This document shows, piece by piece, positions 38,901 to 52,139 of a stretch of 64,000 bases of DNA. Below the pieces are notes generated by a model that saw only the letters and a program-made list of their open reading frames with translations, made no database searches and was not told the DNA's origin. A program made the translations under genes and the position numbers. Source of the stretch: the human T2T-CHM13v2.0 reference genome, Homo sapiens. The DNA lies in assembly GCF_009914755.1 (NCBI RefSeq), contig NC_060926.1; one strand, given 5' to 3'. Every line of letters starts with the position of its first letter. The stretch's first letter is position 1.

Positions 38901-41381
38901 ATAAAACCAAGTTCTTAGAGATCATTGAAGAAATGCGGCTAGCCACACAATAACGATGGGAAACTTCAACATCCCACTCATGGTATTAGATCATTAAGGC
39001 ACAAAACTAACAAAAATATTTGGGACTGGAACTTTGACACTTGACCAAATGGATCTAACAGACATCTACAGAACTCTTCACCCCAAACCAAGAGAATAGT
39101 CATTCTTCTTATCTGCACATGGCACATACTCTAAAATCAACCACACAATTGGCCATAAAATAATCCTCAGCAAATTCACAAAAACTGAAATTATATCAAC
39201 CACACTCATAGACCACAGTGTAATACAAGTAGAAATTAATACCAAAAAAATCACTTAAAACCACACAATTACATGTAAATTAAACAACCTTCTTACTGAA
39301 TAAATTGGGTAAAAAATGAAATAGAGAAAGAAATCAAAAAATCCTTTGAAGCTAAGGAGAACAAGGATATAACATACGAGAATCTCTGGGACACAGCGAA
39401 AACATTGATAAGAAGAAAGTTTACAGTGTAAAACACTCACATCAAAAAGTTAAACATCTCAAACTAAGAACCCATTTTCACAACTAGAGGAACTAGAGAA
39501 ATAAGAGTAAACCAACCCCAAAGCAAGCGGAAAACAAAAAATAATGCAAAACAGAGTTAGACAGAATAAAATTGGGAGGTGAAAAACCATACAAAAGATT
39601 AACACACTTATTAATTGGTTGTTTGAGTAAATAAGATGGGTAGACTTCTAGTTAGACTAATAAAAAAAAAGAGAAGACATACATGCAATAATAAATGACA
39701 AAAAGGACTTTAGAACTGATCCCACAGAAATATGAAAAACCCTCAGACACTATTAGAAAAAACTATGCACACGAACTAGAAAACCTTGAAGAAATGAATA
39801 AATTCCTGGAAATATACAGTATCCCAGAATTGAGCCAGGAAGAAATTAAATCCCTGAAGAGAAAAATAATGAGCTCCGAAAGTGAATGAGTAATAAAAAA
39901 CCTGCCAACCAGAAAAAAGACCAGGACCAGATGGATTCACAGACAAATTCTTCCAAATGTATAAGGAAGAGCTGATATCATTCCTACTGAAACTATTCCA
40001 AATAATTCAGGAGGAGGTACTTCTCCCTCACTCATTCTATGAGCCCAGCATCATTCTGATACCGAAACCTGGCAGAGACACAGCAAAAAAAAAGCAAAAC
40101 TTAAAACTTCTGGCAATATTCCTGATGAACATAGTTACAAAAATCCTAAACAAAATACTTGCAAGCCAAATCCAGTACCACATCAAAAAGCTAATCCACC
40201 ACTGTCATGTAGGCTTTATCCCTGGGATGCAAGGGTGGTTCAACATACAAAAATGAATAAATGTGATTCATCATATAAAAAGAATTTTAAAAAACTACAT
40301 GATCCTCTCAATAAATGCAGAAAAGGCTTTTGATATAATCCAACATCCCTTCATATTAAAAACCTTCAACAAACCAGGCTTTTAAAGAACATACCTCAAA
40401 GTAATAACAGCCATCTATGAACAACACACAGGCAACATCATACTGAATATGCAGAAGCTAGAAGCATTCCCCTTGAGTACCAGAAGAAGACAAGGATGCC
40501 CAATCCCACCACTCCTATACAGCATAGTAATGGAAGTCCCAGCCAGAGCAATCAGGGAATAGAAAGAAATACAAGGCATCCAAATAGAAAGATATGAAGT
40601 CAGACTATCTCTGTATATAGATTATATAATTCTGTACCTAGAAAACACCATAGTCACTGCCTAAAACCTCCTAAATCTGATAAACAACTTCAGCAAAGTA
40701 TAAGGATACAAAATGACCGTATAAAAATTGGTAGCATTTCTATACACCAACAACATCCAAGATGAGAGCCAAATCCAGAATGCAATCCCATTCACAATAG
40801 CCACAGAAAGAATAAAGTACCTAGGAATCCAGCTAACCAGGGAGGTGAAAGATCTCTATAATGAAAATTACCAAACACTGAAATAAATCAGAGATGACAC
40901 AAACAAATGGAAAAACATTACATACTCATGGATAAGAAGAATCAGTTTTGTGGAAATGGCCATACTGCCCAAAGCAATTTAGAGATTGAATGCTATTCCT
41001 ATCAAACTACCAATGGCATTTTTCACAGAACGAAAAAACAAAACAAAACAAAAACCTATTCTAATATTTGTATGAAGCCTAAAAAAGCCCAAATAGCCAA
41101 GGCAACCCTAAGCAAAAAGAACAAAGCTAGAGGCACCGCACTACCTGAATTCAAACTATAGTACAGGGCTACAGTAACCAAAACAGCATGGTAGTGGTAC
41201 AGAAGTAGACACATACATTAACAGAACAGTTTAGAGAACCCAGAAATAAAGTCATACACCTAAAACTATCTGTCCTTTGACAAAGTTGACAAATAAAGCA
41301 ATAGGGAAATAACTCCCTAATCAATAAATGATGCAGGGATTACTAGCTAGCCATATGCAGAAGTTGAAACTGGACCCCTTC
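35936..41381 (+). mobile_element. Old primate L1 (L1PA13-16-like) with 5'UTR and disrupted ORF1/ORF2; 3' end missing
   Basis: 5' ggagccaagatggcc (YY1 site); ORF1 remnant MAEMTKIEFRIWIETK; ORF2 remnants ([14 protein letters not shown]); RT motif degraded to LSLYIDYII at 40605-40631. Confidence 0.92.
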
Positions 41382-41837
<456 letters not shown>

Positions 41838-42032
41838 TTAAGAATTAAAATGTAAAAGATTAATATGTGAATGGTGCCCATGAGAAATGAGAAAATACTT
41901 TGAGCTAGGAGAATCAAAATTATCATTCATATTTATTTTGTATTATATATGAGAATACTGGCTACAGAATACTGGACAAAGTAAATTTTTCAAAGTTACA
42001 CAGCAAATGAGTGAGGATTAAGATTAATTTTA

Positions 42033-42360
<328 letters not shown>

Positions 42361-42529
42361 TTAAAATTAAAAATTAAAACACTTTTATAAAAAGAACTAA
42401 CAATTTTTCTTAAAAAGAAGTAAAAATTTTTCTTATGTATATTTACCCGAGTTGAAATATAGCTACATGAAAAAAAGGTTTGCCAAATGAGAATCTGGGA
42501 TTTTAGCTTGAATATACATTCTTGGATAC

Positions 42530-42665
42530 ATCCTAATGTGAGCTTCCTGGAGGAAGAGAATATGTCTGCTCTGCTCAACTTTGCATCTCTAGGATTTACC
42601 ACAATCCTTGGCGCATGACATGTAAAGGCTAACTCAATATTTTTAAATAAATAAATTGATGAATA
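42530..42665 (+). mobile_element. L2 3' end
   Basis: tgtgagcttcctggagg...cttggcgcat...ctcaatatttttaaataaataaattgatgaat. Confidence 0.65.
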
Positions 42666-43849
42666 TAGTTTGTATCATTTCAACTTTCCCAAATATTTTA
42701 AAGGCAATATAATTTGCATGTCTGGTTTATATCTCAAATCATCAATCAGGTTGTATTCTATGTATCTTGTTTCCTACCTGATTTCCAGGAAGTCCACTAG
42801 TCCCAGAAAAGCATGAAGCAGAGCCATTCTCATTGGTTCACAGACCTGCAGCCTTATATGGATCTGCTCCAGCTGACCAGAGGCTTATTAGCATGATATT
42901 TCTATACTCTTGTATGTTACCGACTTTTTCAGTGCTTTATTATAGGACAATAGCTGAACAATAGAAGATTTTTTTCCCTTATTATTGTTGGTTTGTTTTA
43001 ATTTTTGTTTGCTTTTTTTGGTTATTTTTGTTGGTTTGTTAAGTTTTGGGTTTGAAAAAAATGAATAAAAGAAACTACCTAAAATATTCACTTTTTATAT
43101 AAAGCATAAATTAATAGCATCATTCCACATATCAAAATGTAGAACCTGAGGGTGCAAATTCACCCAAGGAGTAGCAAGACAGAAAACAGCTCATGATAAA
43201 TGTTCCCCATATTACAGTTTAACTTTCATTTAAACATTTTAAATGGTTTAAAGTACATTATAGAGTTACACAAATAAACCGGTCTAGTCTCCTGTTGCTT
43301 CTACTCCCCTCATTTTAAGCCTATTTCATTAAGTGACAATAGGAATCAATAAGCTAAATGCGTACTCTGCATATTAAAATTTTTGTCTGCAAAGATTTCC
43401 AGAAGGTTTTAATTGGAGTGAAACTTAGTAGTGATCTAAGGGAATGCACAGTCACCCAGTCATGTTACTATCAGGCTACTGAGGATAACTGACGACTGAG
43501 GGCATTTTAGATAAGAACAAAAATATTAGTTTCAGATTTTTTATCTAGAGAGATATGGAATCAATGGGGCAGCAGAACTGAGAGCAGCATAGATACCCAA
43601 ACTTCCAAATTCTCACACTTAAAAGCTCATCTCATGACCTCAAGTTTTCTCTAGGCCTGGGTTGTGTCAGTGAAAGACAAATGCACTGGGGTATTTATGT
43701 CTAATGAAGAAAATAATAAAGCAGTGCAACTGGATAGCTGTTGATGGGAGCAACCGATACTGAATAATTTGTTAATTTCATTATGTTAGCACACATATTT
43801 ATTTAATTATATTTAATAATTAATAGGATTCATTATTTATTTTATTAAG

Positions 43850-46800
43850 AAGATGCTGAGAGTGATAATCAGCAATTAAACATTACTTGCAAAAATCACA
43901 AGTGTTTCTTGGCAGTACAGAAGGGGACTCACTTCCTGGACTGGGAGGGCAGAAAAAGCTCAGTTCAAAGCTGTAATCAGAATTGCAGCAAATCTCTAGA
44001 GAAGGTTGAACACTTAGTCTCATCACGTCTGCTACCTCAATGTCAAGACTCTGACTGGGAAGGAAAGGGCCCCCGAAACATGAAGTTAGGAATATCTGGG
44101 TGACACACTTGAAAATCTTCAATCTCTATGGCCTGCAGAAATGACCCACTTCTCCCTGTTGAAAGCTAGGCTTACTCGCCATGCTTAAAGGCAGAGAGTG
44201 TTTTAATCTTCCTCTAACTACCTTCTGGCTACAGCACCATTAAGTAAGGCCATATCACAAGATAATGGAGTTGGAGAAGTTCTAGGCCTTAAATGAAAGA
44301 AAAAAGCTGCACACTGAATGGCTTGCAGAAGTAGCCAACTTGTATGAAAAAGAATTGGGAGTGTTATGTATGGAAATAAATTTCAAGAGTGTTAAATCAA
44401 GGGGGGCAGCAGGGAAATGTGAAGTTGGATAAAGGTAAGTTTATTCATGTGGGATTCCTCTTCCAGTTCATAGAATTTAATACTCTGGAACACACCCTTG
44501 GGGACTGCACCAACCAGTGCTCATATGGTTAATGGAAGCTTGGAAAAGCCAGTGGAATATAGTATAAAATAGAAGTATTTGAACTACTATGATGCAGAAT
44601 GAAGTAAGGGATCAAAAGGTTCTGAGCATTGGATACACTACAGTGGATATGGTATGTAATATTGGGATATTCAGAAGATGACTGTGTTCCTGGTGGACGC
44701 TTCCTTCACCAAAACAATAAGGAACATATTAATGAGAGAGGCACCAGCATCACTGAGAAGCCCTGGGTATGTGTTCTCTGAAGTCCACAGCTGATGGTAG
44801 GAGATACAGTTACAGAACTGGCTACATGACTGCAGTGGGGAAGGTAGGTTCCTGAAAGGATACAAGCTAACTTGTTTATTGCTGTAAAAACCAGGTCAGA
44901 GAGAAAGCTGGGGGACTCACATAGAATTGTGGAGACAGTTAATAGTATATGGTGTTCCCTTCAAAGCTAAAAATAAACGATTCTGTCTTGTACCTCTCAC
45001 TACTAAGAAGAAAGCATGGCACATTGTTAGCCTCCTTTGGGCTCCTGAGGCAGCATATTCTGCACTTCGGAATCCTGTTGAACTCATACATTTGATGACA
45101 TGTCATACTCAGCTTTGAGTGAGGCCAAGAGTAAGCACAGGCTTTGCAAGCCCAGGTTAAGATCTAAGAGGTCCTGTCATTTGGGGTATATGACCTAGTG
45201 GAGAATCACAATGTAGACCTCTACTGTTCTGGAGCAAGTTACATTGGAAAAAGAGAACTAAACACCTTTCAAAAAACTGTTCCTAGTATACAAATTCTTA
45301 CTTGTACAGACAGATTGCCTGATGATGGGACATAATCTATCTATGTAGAAAGAACTGCTATAAGCTGGCTTCTATCAGACCCATTAAGTCATAGGCTGAA
45401 TTGGCCCAGCAGGAATCAGTCGCAGGATGTAAGTAATGCATTCATTACCAAACAAAAGCATAGGACACAAAATGTCTGTACAGAAAGTGGCCTAGATCCC
45501 CTACATTATCTACCACTTTTCTCCTGGCTTATTGCCTCAGATCACACAAATAGCTGCATGGGAGTCCCTTCACAGAGGAGGAAGAATTCAAATATTGGTA
45601 CATGGATGAATAAACTCAGCAGCTTATGCACATTGAAAATGGATGACATTGTACTATAGCCCTATTTAGAAATGACATAGAGAGACAGTGATGAGGGAAA
45701 ATCCTCCAAGAGTGCTGAATTCCAGGTGTTACATCTGGTCTTCTACTTTGGAGGTTCTATTATTTAGGATATATGATCCAGTGAGACACAGGGTTTTAGA
45801 GAAGTACACGGGAGAAGATACCATGTAAATTTTATGACAGGGCCTAAAGAAGAATCGCAATATAGACACCTATTTTTCCATAGCAAGTTAGTTACATTGG
45901 AAGCAGAGAACTAAATACCTTTCAAAAAACTGTTCCTACTATGCCAATTGGCCCAGGTCCTGAGGTTAGAATGTATATGGATTCACAGGCTGGTTGCTGA
46001 ATGGAACGAGAAAGAGATATTGGAAGACTGGGTAAAAAAACATCTGTAGAAGAAACATATGAATGGACCTATAAGAATGATCAGGTGTGAAGATCTGTAT
46101 CACATGTTAATATCTACCAGAGAGCATATACCAAAGTTGAAGCTACAATCAACCAAGTAAACAAAATGACTCAGTTGGTATGCTGCAGCCAGCCTCTGCA
46201 TTGGCCACACTTATGCTGATACAGTAGGGTCATTTACAAAGTAGCTACGTTGCTAAAAGGACCATTATGCATACATGCCAAAGCAAGGGTTCCCTGTTCC
46301 CAAAGCCGATTTATCTATTACTGCTGCCCTAACTACAAGAAATAGATACATACTAAGTCCTCTATATGTCACCATCTTTTAAAGAGAACATAGACACTTG
46401 GCAAGTTGACTACATTAATCCCTTTCATCCTGGAAGAGATAGCAATCGTCTAAAGTGGAATACAATTATATTCTTTTTTTTTGAGAGAGAGAGAGTCTCA
46501 CTCTGTCACCCAGGCTGGAGTGGAGTGGCATGATCTCGACTCACTGTAACCTGGGTCTCCAAGGGCCCAAGTGATTCTCATGCCTCAGCCTCCCGAGTAT
46601 CTGAGATTACAGGAGTGTGACACCACACCTGGCTAATTTTTGCATTTTTAGTAGGGATAGGGTTTCACTATGTTGCCCAGGCTGGTCTCGAACTCCTGGT
46701 CTCAAGTGATCTGCTCGCCTCAGCTTCCCAAAGTGCTGGGATTACAGACATGGGCCACTGCGCCTGGCTGGAATAGAATACAAATATATTCTTGATATGA

Positions 46801-47220
46801 ATTTCCCTTACCTGTCCACAAGACCTAAATCAGCACTACTGTCCTAGAACTCACAGAACATGTAATCCCTTACACAGGATCCCACATAACCAATGGATTC
46901 ACTCTAGAGCAAGAAGGTTGTATCATGTTCTGGCACTATCTGGAAGCTAATGACTTCATACGATGTTGGAATAACCTAATGAAGGTACAGCTGAGACATC
47001 AGCTACAAAATGATGCCCTATAAGGATGAGACACTTTCAGCCAGGATTCAATGTGCACTCTCAATCAATCATGATTGTACATTATTGTATCTACAGTAAA
47101 GTGTATGAGGCCAGGAACTAAGTAGAATTCACTGTGCCTTAATTGAAGAATTTGTGATATTCTTTTTCACAACTCTAGGTTCTACAAGTTTAAGTCCTGT
47201 CTTCAAGATTGCAAAAGTCA
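43850..47220 (+). mobile_element. ERVL internal region (gag, then RT thumb/RNase H/integrase remnants; protease and most of RT deleted)
   Basis: Degenerate ERVL gag (agagtgttaaatcaagggggg...aagttggataaagg; ttcaccaaaacaataaggaac...gcaccagcatcactg), pol PLTTKKKA, integrase tggcaagttgactacatt (WQVDYI). Confidence 0.75.
46474..46769 (-). mobile_element. AluJ (Jb-like) inside ERVL
   Basis: Antisense Alu; flanking repeat gaatacaa(t/a)tatattc. Confidence 0.9.
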
Positions 47221-47349
47221 ATCTCACATACAGATGAATAAAAAAGGTTATTTGCTATTGTGAAGATTTTCAAAGACTGCCCAGCCAAATGTAGAACAAA
47301 ATATGAGTGTCTAAGAAGCTACACTGACTATGCTTTAGAATAATAGGTC

Positions 47350-47470
47350 ATTATACCTGTGGAGGAAGCTTCAGAATAATCTTATCTGATCTTCTGTATT
47401 TATCAATGAAAAGATTAAAGGACCAGGAAGTCTGGGGATTTTTCTCATGTTGCATGACTAGCTACGGATA
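47350..47470 (-). mobile_element. MIR fragment
   Basis: atgaaaagattaaaggaccaggaag...ctcatgttgcatgactagct. Confidence 0.4.
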
Positions 47471-49679
47471 TAAGAGTAAGTATAAATTTACTATGTTAAT
47501 TCTCTTTAAATGTATATATTGACTTGATTGGGACACTTATTTGAAAAGTTCCATATGAAAAAATTGTATTCCGTACTATTTTTTCTAATTAATTGTTTGT
47601 GTTAAGGAAGGTAAAGGAAATGTGTAATCAGGATAAATTTTTTAGTTTTAATTAAACTAATAAAAATAATAGTGGATACAACAGCAAGAAAACTTTCGAA
47701 ATTGTTAATAAATTGAATAGTCAGCTAAAAATCCATTGTCACTTTATATTAGGGAAGCAAAGTGAAAAACTGTGAAGAATACATACAACCTCTTAAGTAT
47801 TTCCCAGAGATCAATTTAAAGCAAAGAATAAGAAAGAAATATTTATTAAACTCTCCCAAGGGCATATAAACAGAAGAAATTGCAAAGAAAAAATTAATTA
47901 AATCTTTTCAAGCAGATTAAATTCAAGAGCTCTTCTAAGACAGTAATTTCTTATTATAATGTCTGGAGAACAGGAAGAACGAGGAAGAAAGCAAAATCCT
48001 TTGGGTAGCTGTTGAATTTTTTTCAATCCCATGTTAATGGGGGTAGAAATGGCGAGGAGTAGGAGAGCAAGGATACAGATCACAGACTGGCATTTTCAAA
48101 GTTGTAAGGATTTTTAGTTAGGTTTAAATTTCCCCAGGGAACAGATGACCGTGTTTTTGATGACCTGTGAGATAATTTCCTCTTTTGTCTATGTTTTGGC
48201 AATGAGTAGAGTCACTGTATTCTGGGGCATCTTCCTAGCCTGCTTTGTGGCCTAATCTCCACTGTCTCAGATGAGTTCATGAGAGAGTACAAAAGTAGAA
48301 ACGAGTCTTAGAGACCCTGAAGCTGTATGGGATGGCAGTACTCCATGAACAAACATAACTTGAAGTCAAACAAGATCAGTGGCCTAAGAGGTAGCTTACA
48401 TGTGGCAAGTGCCGCCGTATTTATCAGAACTTTTGTATCTTCAATTTGAGCCTCATGTGAGAATTTGATAAAATCATGCGTGATGACCATAAAAAGCGAT
48501 TAAAAAGTGAATTATTTTTAGTAAAGTTTCTAAAATCGGGACTATGTCAAGAAGGATAGCAATAGCTATTTGCAGTATAACTGATGTTGACTACCTCATA
48601 TTTCTCATACCACTGCAACATTATATAGATATAATATATTAAATATATAAGATTATATATGTGACATATAATATGAATATATATGTCATACATAAAACCA
48701 TATGATTTATGTATATTATTTATTCTTAGGTTTAAGTGAGAATACCAGGCAAATTGTTCTGTTTCAAGTTTAGGCTGATTTGTATATAACTACTTTGAAG
48801 GCATTCGGCTCATTCTGGCATGGTATCAGAGGAGAGAAAAATTACTTTGCCTAAAAATTACTTTGCATGACAATACATGTTAATTTATAAAAGTAGCATG
48901 AATTAGTTGGATTGCTTTTTACATAGAGGTTGAGGAAAGAATGATAAAGAGTTAAAGGAATAACTGTCCTATAATGTCCATGGAGTTGCATCAGAATAGG
49001 CTGACATATCCTGGAACCCCTTGCTATGGTGGCTTAAACTATTCTTAATTTCTTGAACCTTGTTGAAACTAATCTGAGCTGAGCAAATTCCTCTGTGACC
49101 GCATTACCTCGGTATATGCTGATGGAACAACAGAAATAACTTATAAAAATTCAGCTCTCTCACCCATGGATTTGTCTATCTATGCAGTGTCATGTATCCA
49201 GATATTTTGAAATATTATGAGTGACTGACATTTTCATTCCTCAGCTAGAAACTCTGGTAGATCGTTGACCCAGACTTCATCTGAAAAAGCCCTTTTTCTG
49301 GACTAGAATCTTATTTTAGAATGATTGGCATACCTTAAAATCAAATATTTTTTGAATTGCTGTGTTACTAGTCTAATTCGGAAAACTAAGAGAAACCGTC
49401 AAAAATTTATAGACAAACTATGTTAAATCCTTAATATAAAAGTACAAACTTTAACCATTTTATAACTTATTAACTGCTGATGCCATCAAGTATCAATATA
49501 GAATATTTATAATTATTATTCTATATTATTTCTAATGTATTTTATAGTTATTGAATTTGCTGCAAATGACTTAAATTGGAGATTTTTAAAATGTTAGGCC
49601 CTTTACCATTAGCTTTAATTCTACTGTGAATGAGAGGAGAAAATACTTGAGATACTCTTTTAGAATGTAAGTTAATAAG

Positions 49680-49790
49680 GGAAGAAATCTTGATTTGTTG
49701 TCTTCTCTTTACACATGTATCTCAATGCTGAGGATAGTATCTTTCACATAGTAGGTGCTCTGTAAGTATTGCTCAAATTAATGAAGGGAT
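49680..49790 (+). mobile_element. L2 3' end
   Basis: tgtatctcaatgct...cacatagtaggtgctctgtaagtattgc. Confidence 0.65.
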
Positions 49791-49845
49791 AACAGGAACT
49801 GTGTATAACTCAGTAAGGATTGTAACATTGCCTATTCAAGAGGAT

Positions 49846-49901
49846 CTAAGACATAGACAACTCTGAAGAGTACCTAAGACATAGACAACTCTGAAGAGTA
49901 C
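49846..49901. repeat. Perfect 28-bp tandem duplication
   Basis: CTAAGACATAGACAACTCTGAAGAGTAC x2. Confidence 0.95.
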
Positions 49902-50030
49902 ATACATGTAGATGTACTCTAGAATTTTTGAAAGTGACATCAGGTGGTATACTTTTAGTTTTGTTTCGTTTATCATTTTGATGTAGAAAGAATAATGCAA
50001 AGGTCTAAGGGAATACTTGTCATGTAGCTT

Positions 50031-50229
50031 GTGAGACCCCCATCTCTAAAAAAAAATTTAAAAAAATTATCTGGGTTTGGTGGCATATGCCTGTAGTCCT
50101 AGCAACTCAAATGCTGAGGTGGGAGGATCACATCAGCTCAGGAGTTAAAGGTGCAGTGAGCTGTGATCGCACCACTACACTCCAGCCTGGGCAACAGAGT
50201 GAAACCCTGTCTCTAAAAAAAAAGAAAAA
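50031..50229 (+). mobile_element. 5'-truncated AluJ
   Basis: gaggtgggaggatcac...gcagtgagctgtgatcgcaccac; degenerate TSD gaata(c/t)ttgtca. Confidence 0.88.
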
Positions 50230-50339
50230 TATTAAAAGAATATTTGTCACATATTCCAACTTAGAGTTGAATCAGGACAGGTTGCCAAGGCTGGGAACTT
50301 CTTGCTACAGAGGAGTGGTTTGAACATCCAAGCTTTGTG

Positions 50340-51759
50340 TTTTTTTTTAAATTTTTTTATTATACTTTAAGTTCTAGGGTACATGTGCACAAAGCAGGTT
50401 TGTAACATATGTAAACATGTGCCATGTTGGTGTGCTGCACCCATTAACTCGTCATTTACATTAGGTATATCTCCTAATGCTATCCCTCCCCACTCCCCCC
50501 ACCCCACGACAGGCCCCGGTGTGTGATGTTCCCCTTCCTGTGTCCAAGTGTTCTCATTGTTCATTTCCCACCTGTGAGTGAGAACATGCAGTGTTTGGTT
50601 TTTTGTTCTTGCGATTGTTTGCTGAGAATGATGGTTTCCAGCTTCATCCATGTCCCTATAAAGGACATGAATTCATCCTTTTTTATAGCTGCATAGTATT
50701 CCGTGGCATATATGTGCCACATTTTCTTCATCCAATCTATCATTGATGGACATTTGGGTTGGTTCCAAGTCTTTGCTATTGTGAATAGTGCCACAATAAA
50801 CATACATGTGCATATGTCTTTATAGCAGCATGATTTACAATCCTTTGGGTATATACCCAGTAATGGGATGGCTGGGTCAAATGGTATTTCTAGTTCTAGA
50901 TCCCTGAGGAATCGCCACACTGTCTTCCACAATGGTTGAACTAGTTTACAGTCCCACTAAGAGTGTAAAAGTGTTCCTATTTCTCCACATCCTCTCCAGC
51001 ACCTCTTGTTTCCCAATTTTTTAATGATCGCCATTCTAACTGGTGTGAGATGGTATCTCATTGTGGTTTTGATTTGCATTTCTCTGATGGCCAGTGATGA
51101 TGAGCATTTTTTCATGTGTCTGATGGCTGCATAAATGTCTTCTTTTGAGAAGTGTCTGTTCATATCCTTCACCCACTTGTTGATGGGGTTGTTTTTTGCT
51201 TGTAAATTTGTTTGAGTTCATTGTAGATTCTGGATATTAGCCCTTTGTCAGATGAGTAGATTGTAAAAATTTTCTCCCATTCCATAGGTTGCCTGTTCAC
51301 TCTGATGGTAGTTTCTTTTGCTGTGCAGAAGCTCTTTAGTTTAATTAGATCCCATTTGTCAATTTGGGCTTTTGTTTCCATTGCTTTTGGTGCTTTAGAC
51401 ATGAAGTCCTTGCCCATGCGTATGTACTGAATGGTATTGCCTAGGTTTTCGTCTAGGGTTTTTATGGTTTTAGGTCTAACATGTAAGTCTTTAATCCATC
51501 TTGAATTAATTTTCATATAAGGTGTAAGGAAGGGATCCAGTTCCAGCTTTCCACATATGGCTAGCCAGTTTTCCCAGAACCATTTATTAAATAGGGAATC
51601 CTTTCCCCATTTCTTGTTTTTGTCACATTTGTCAAAGATCAGATGGTTGTAGATGTGTGGTATTATATCTGAGGGCTCTGTTCTGTTCCATTGGTCTATA
51701 TCTCTCTTTTGGTACCAGTACCATGCTGTTTTGGTTACTGTAGCCTTGTAGTATAGTTT
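50340..51759 (-). mobile_element. Young 5'-truncated L1PA (L1PA3-5-like), ORF2 C-terminus plus 3'UTR
   Basis: ttattatactttaagttctagggtacatgtgc; ORFs translate [51 protein letters not shown]. Confidence 0.95.
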
Positions 51760-52139
51760 AAGTTTTTAAAAGACCTAGATATTCTTGTGGGATTTCATTG
51801 ATGACAGATTACATGTGACATTTTTTTTTTGAATGCAATAGAAATCTCCTTGTTTCATTGTATAAAGGAACTTTCTGGCTGTTCAATCAGTAACCTATCA
51901 AATATCCTGGTACACAAAATAAAATCTGAAACATAGTAAAGATGGACTAATTAGATAGTCTGAGCATATACACTTAAATTTTCCTCTTCTATGTGATCTC
52001 TTATGATGACTCTGCATGTGTGTGCATATTTTACACACATACACAAGTGTGTGTGTGTTTATGCATATATGAAAACACACCAGATTAATTTCCAATTTTA
52101 TGGCAAGAAACAGGAATTCCAAAATTTATGAAAAATGTA

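Noticed and set aside
37542-41161. L1 ORF1/ORF2-like ORFs as an active retroelement
   Set aside because: Fragmented by many stops and frameshifts, and the RT catalytic motif is destroyed.
50367-51516. ORFs highly similar to the L1 ORF2 C-terminus
   Set aside because: 5'-truncated, frameshifted L1PA copy. It is younger than, and opposite in strand to, the 36-41 kb L1, so it is not that element's missing tail.
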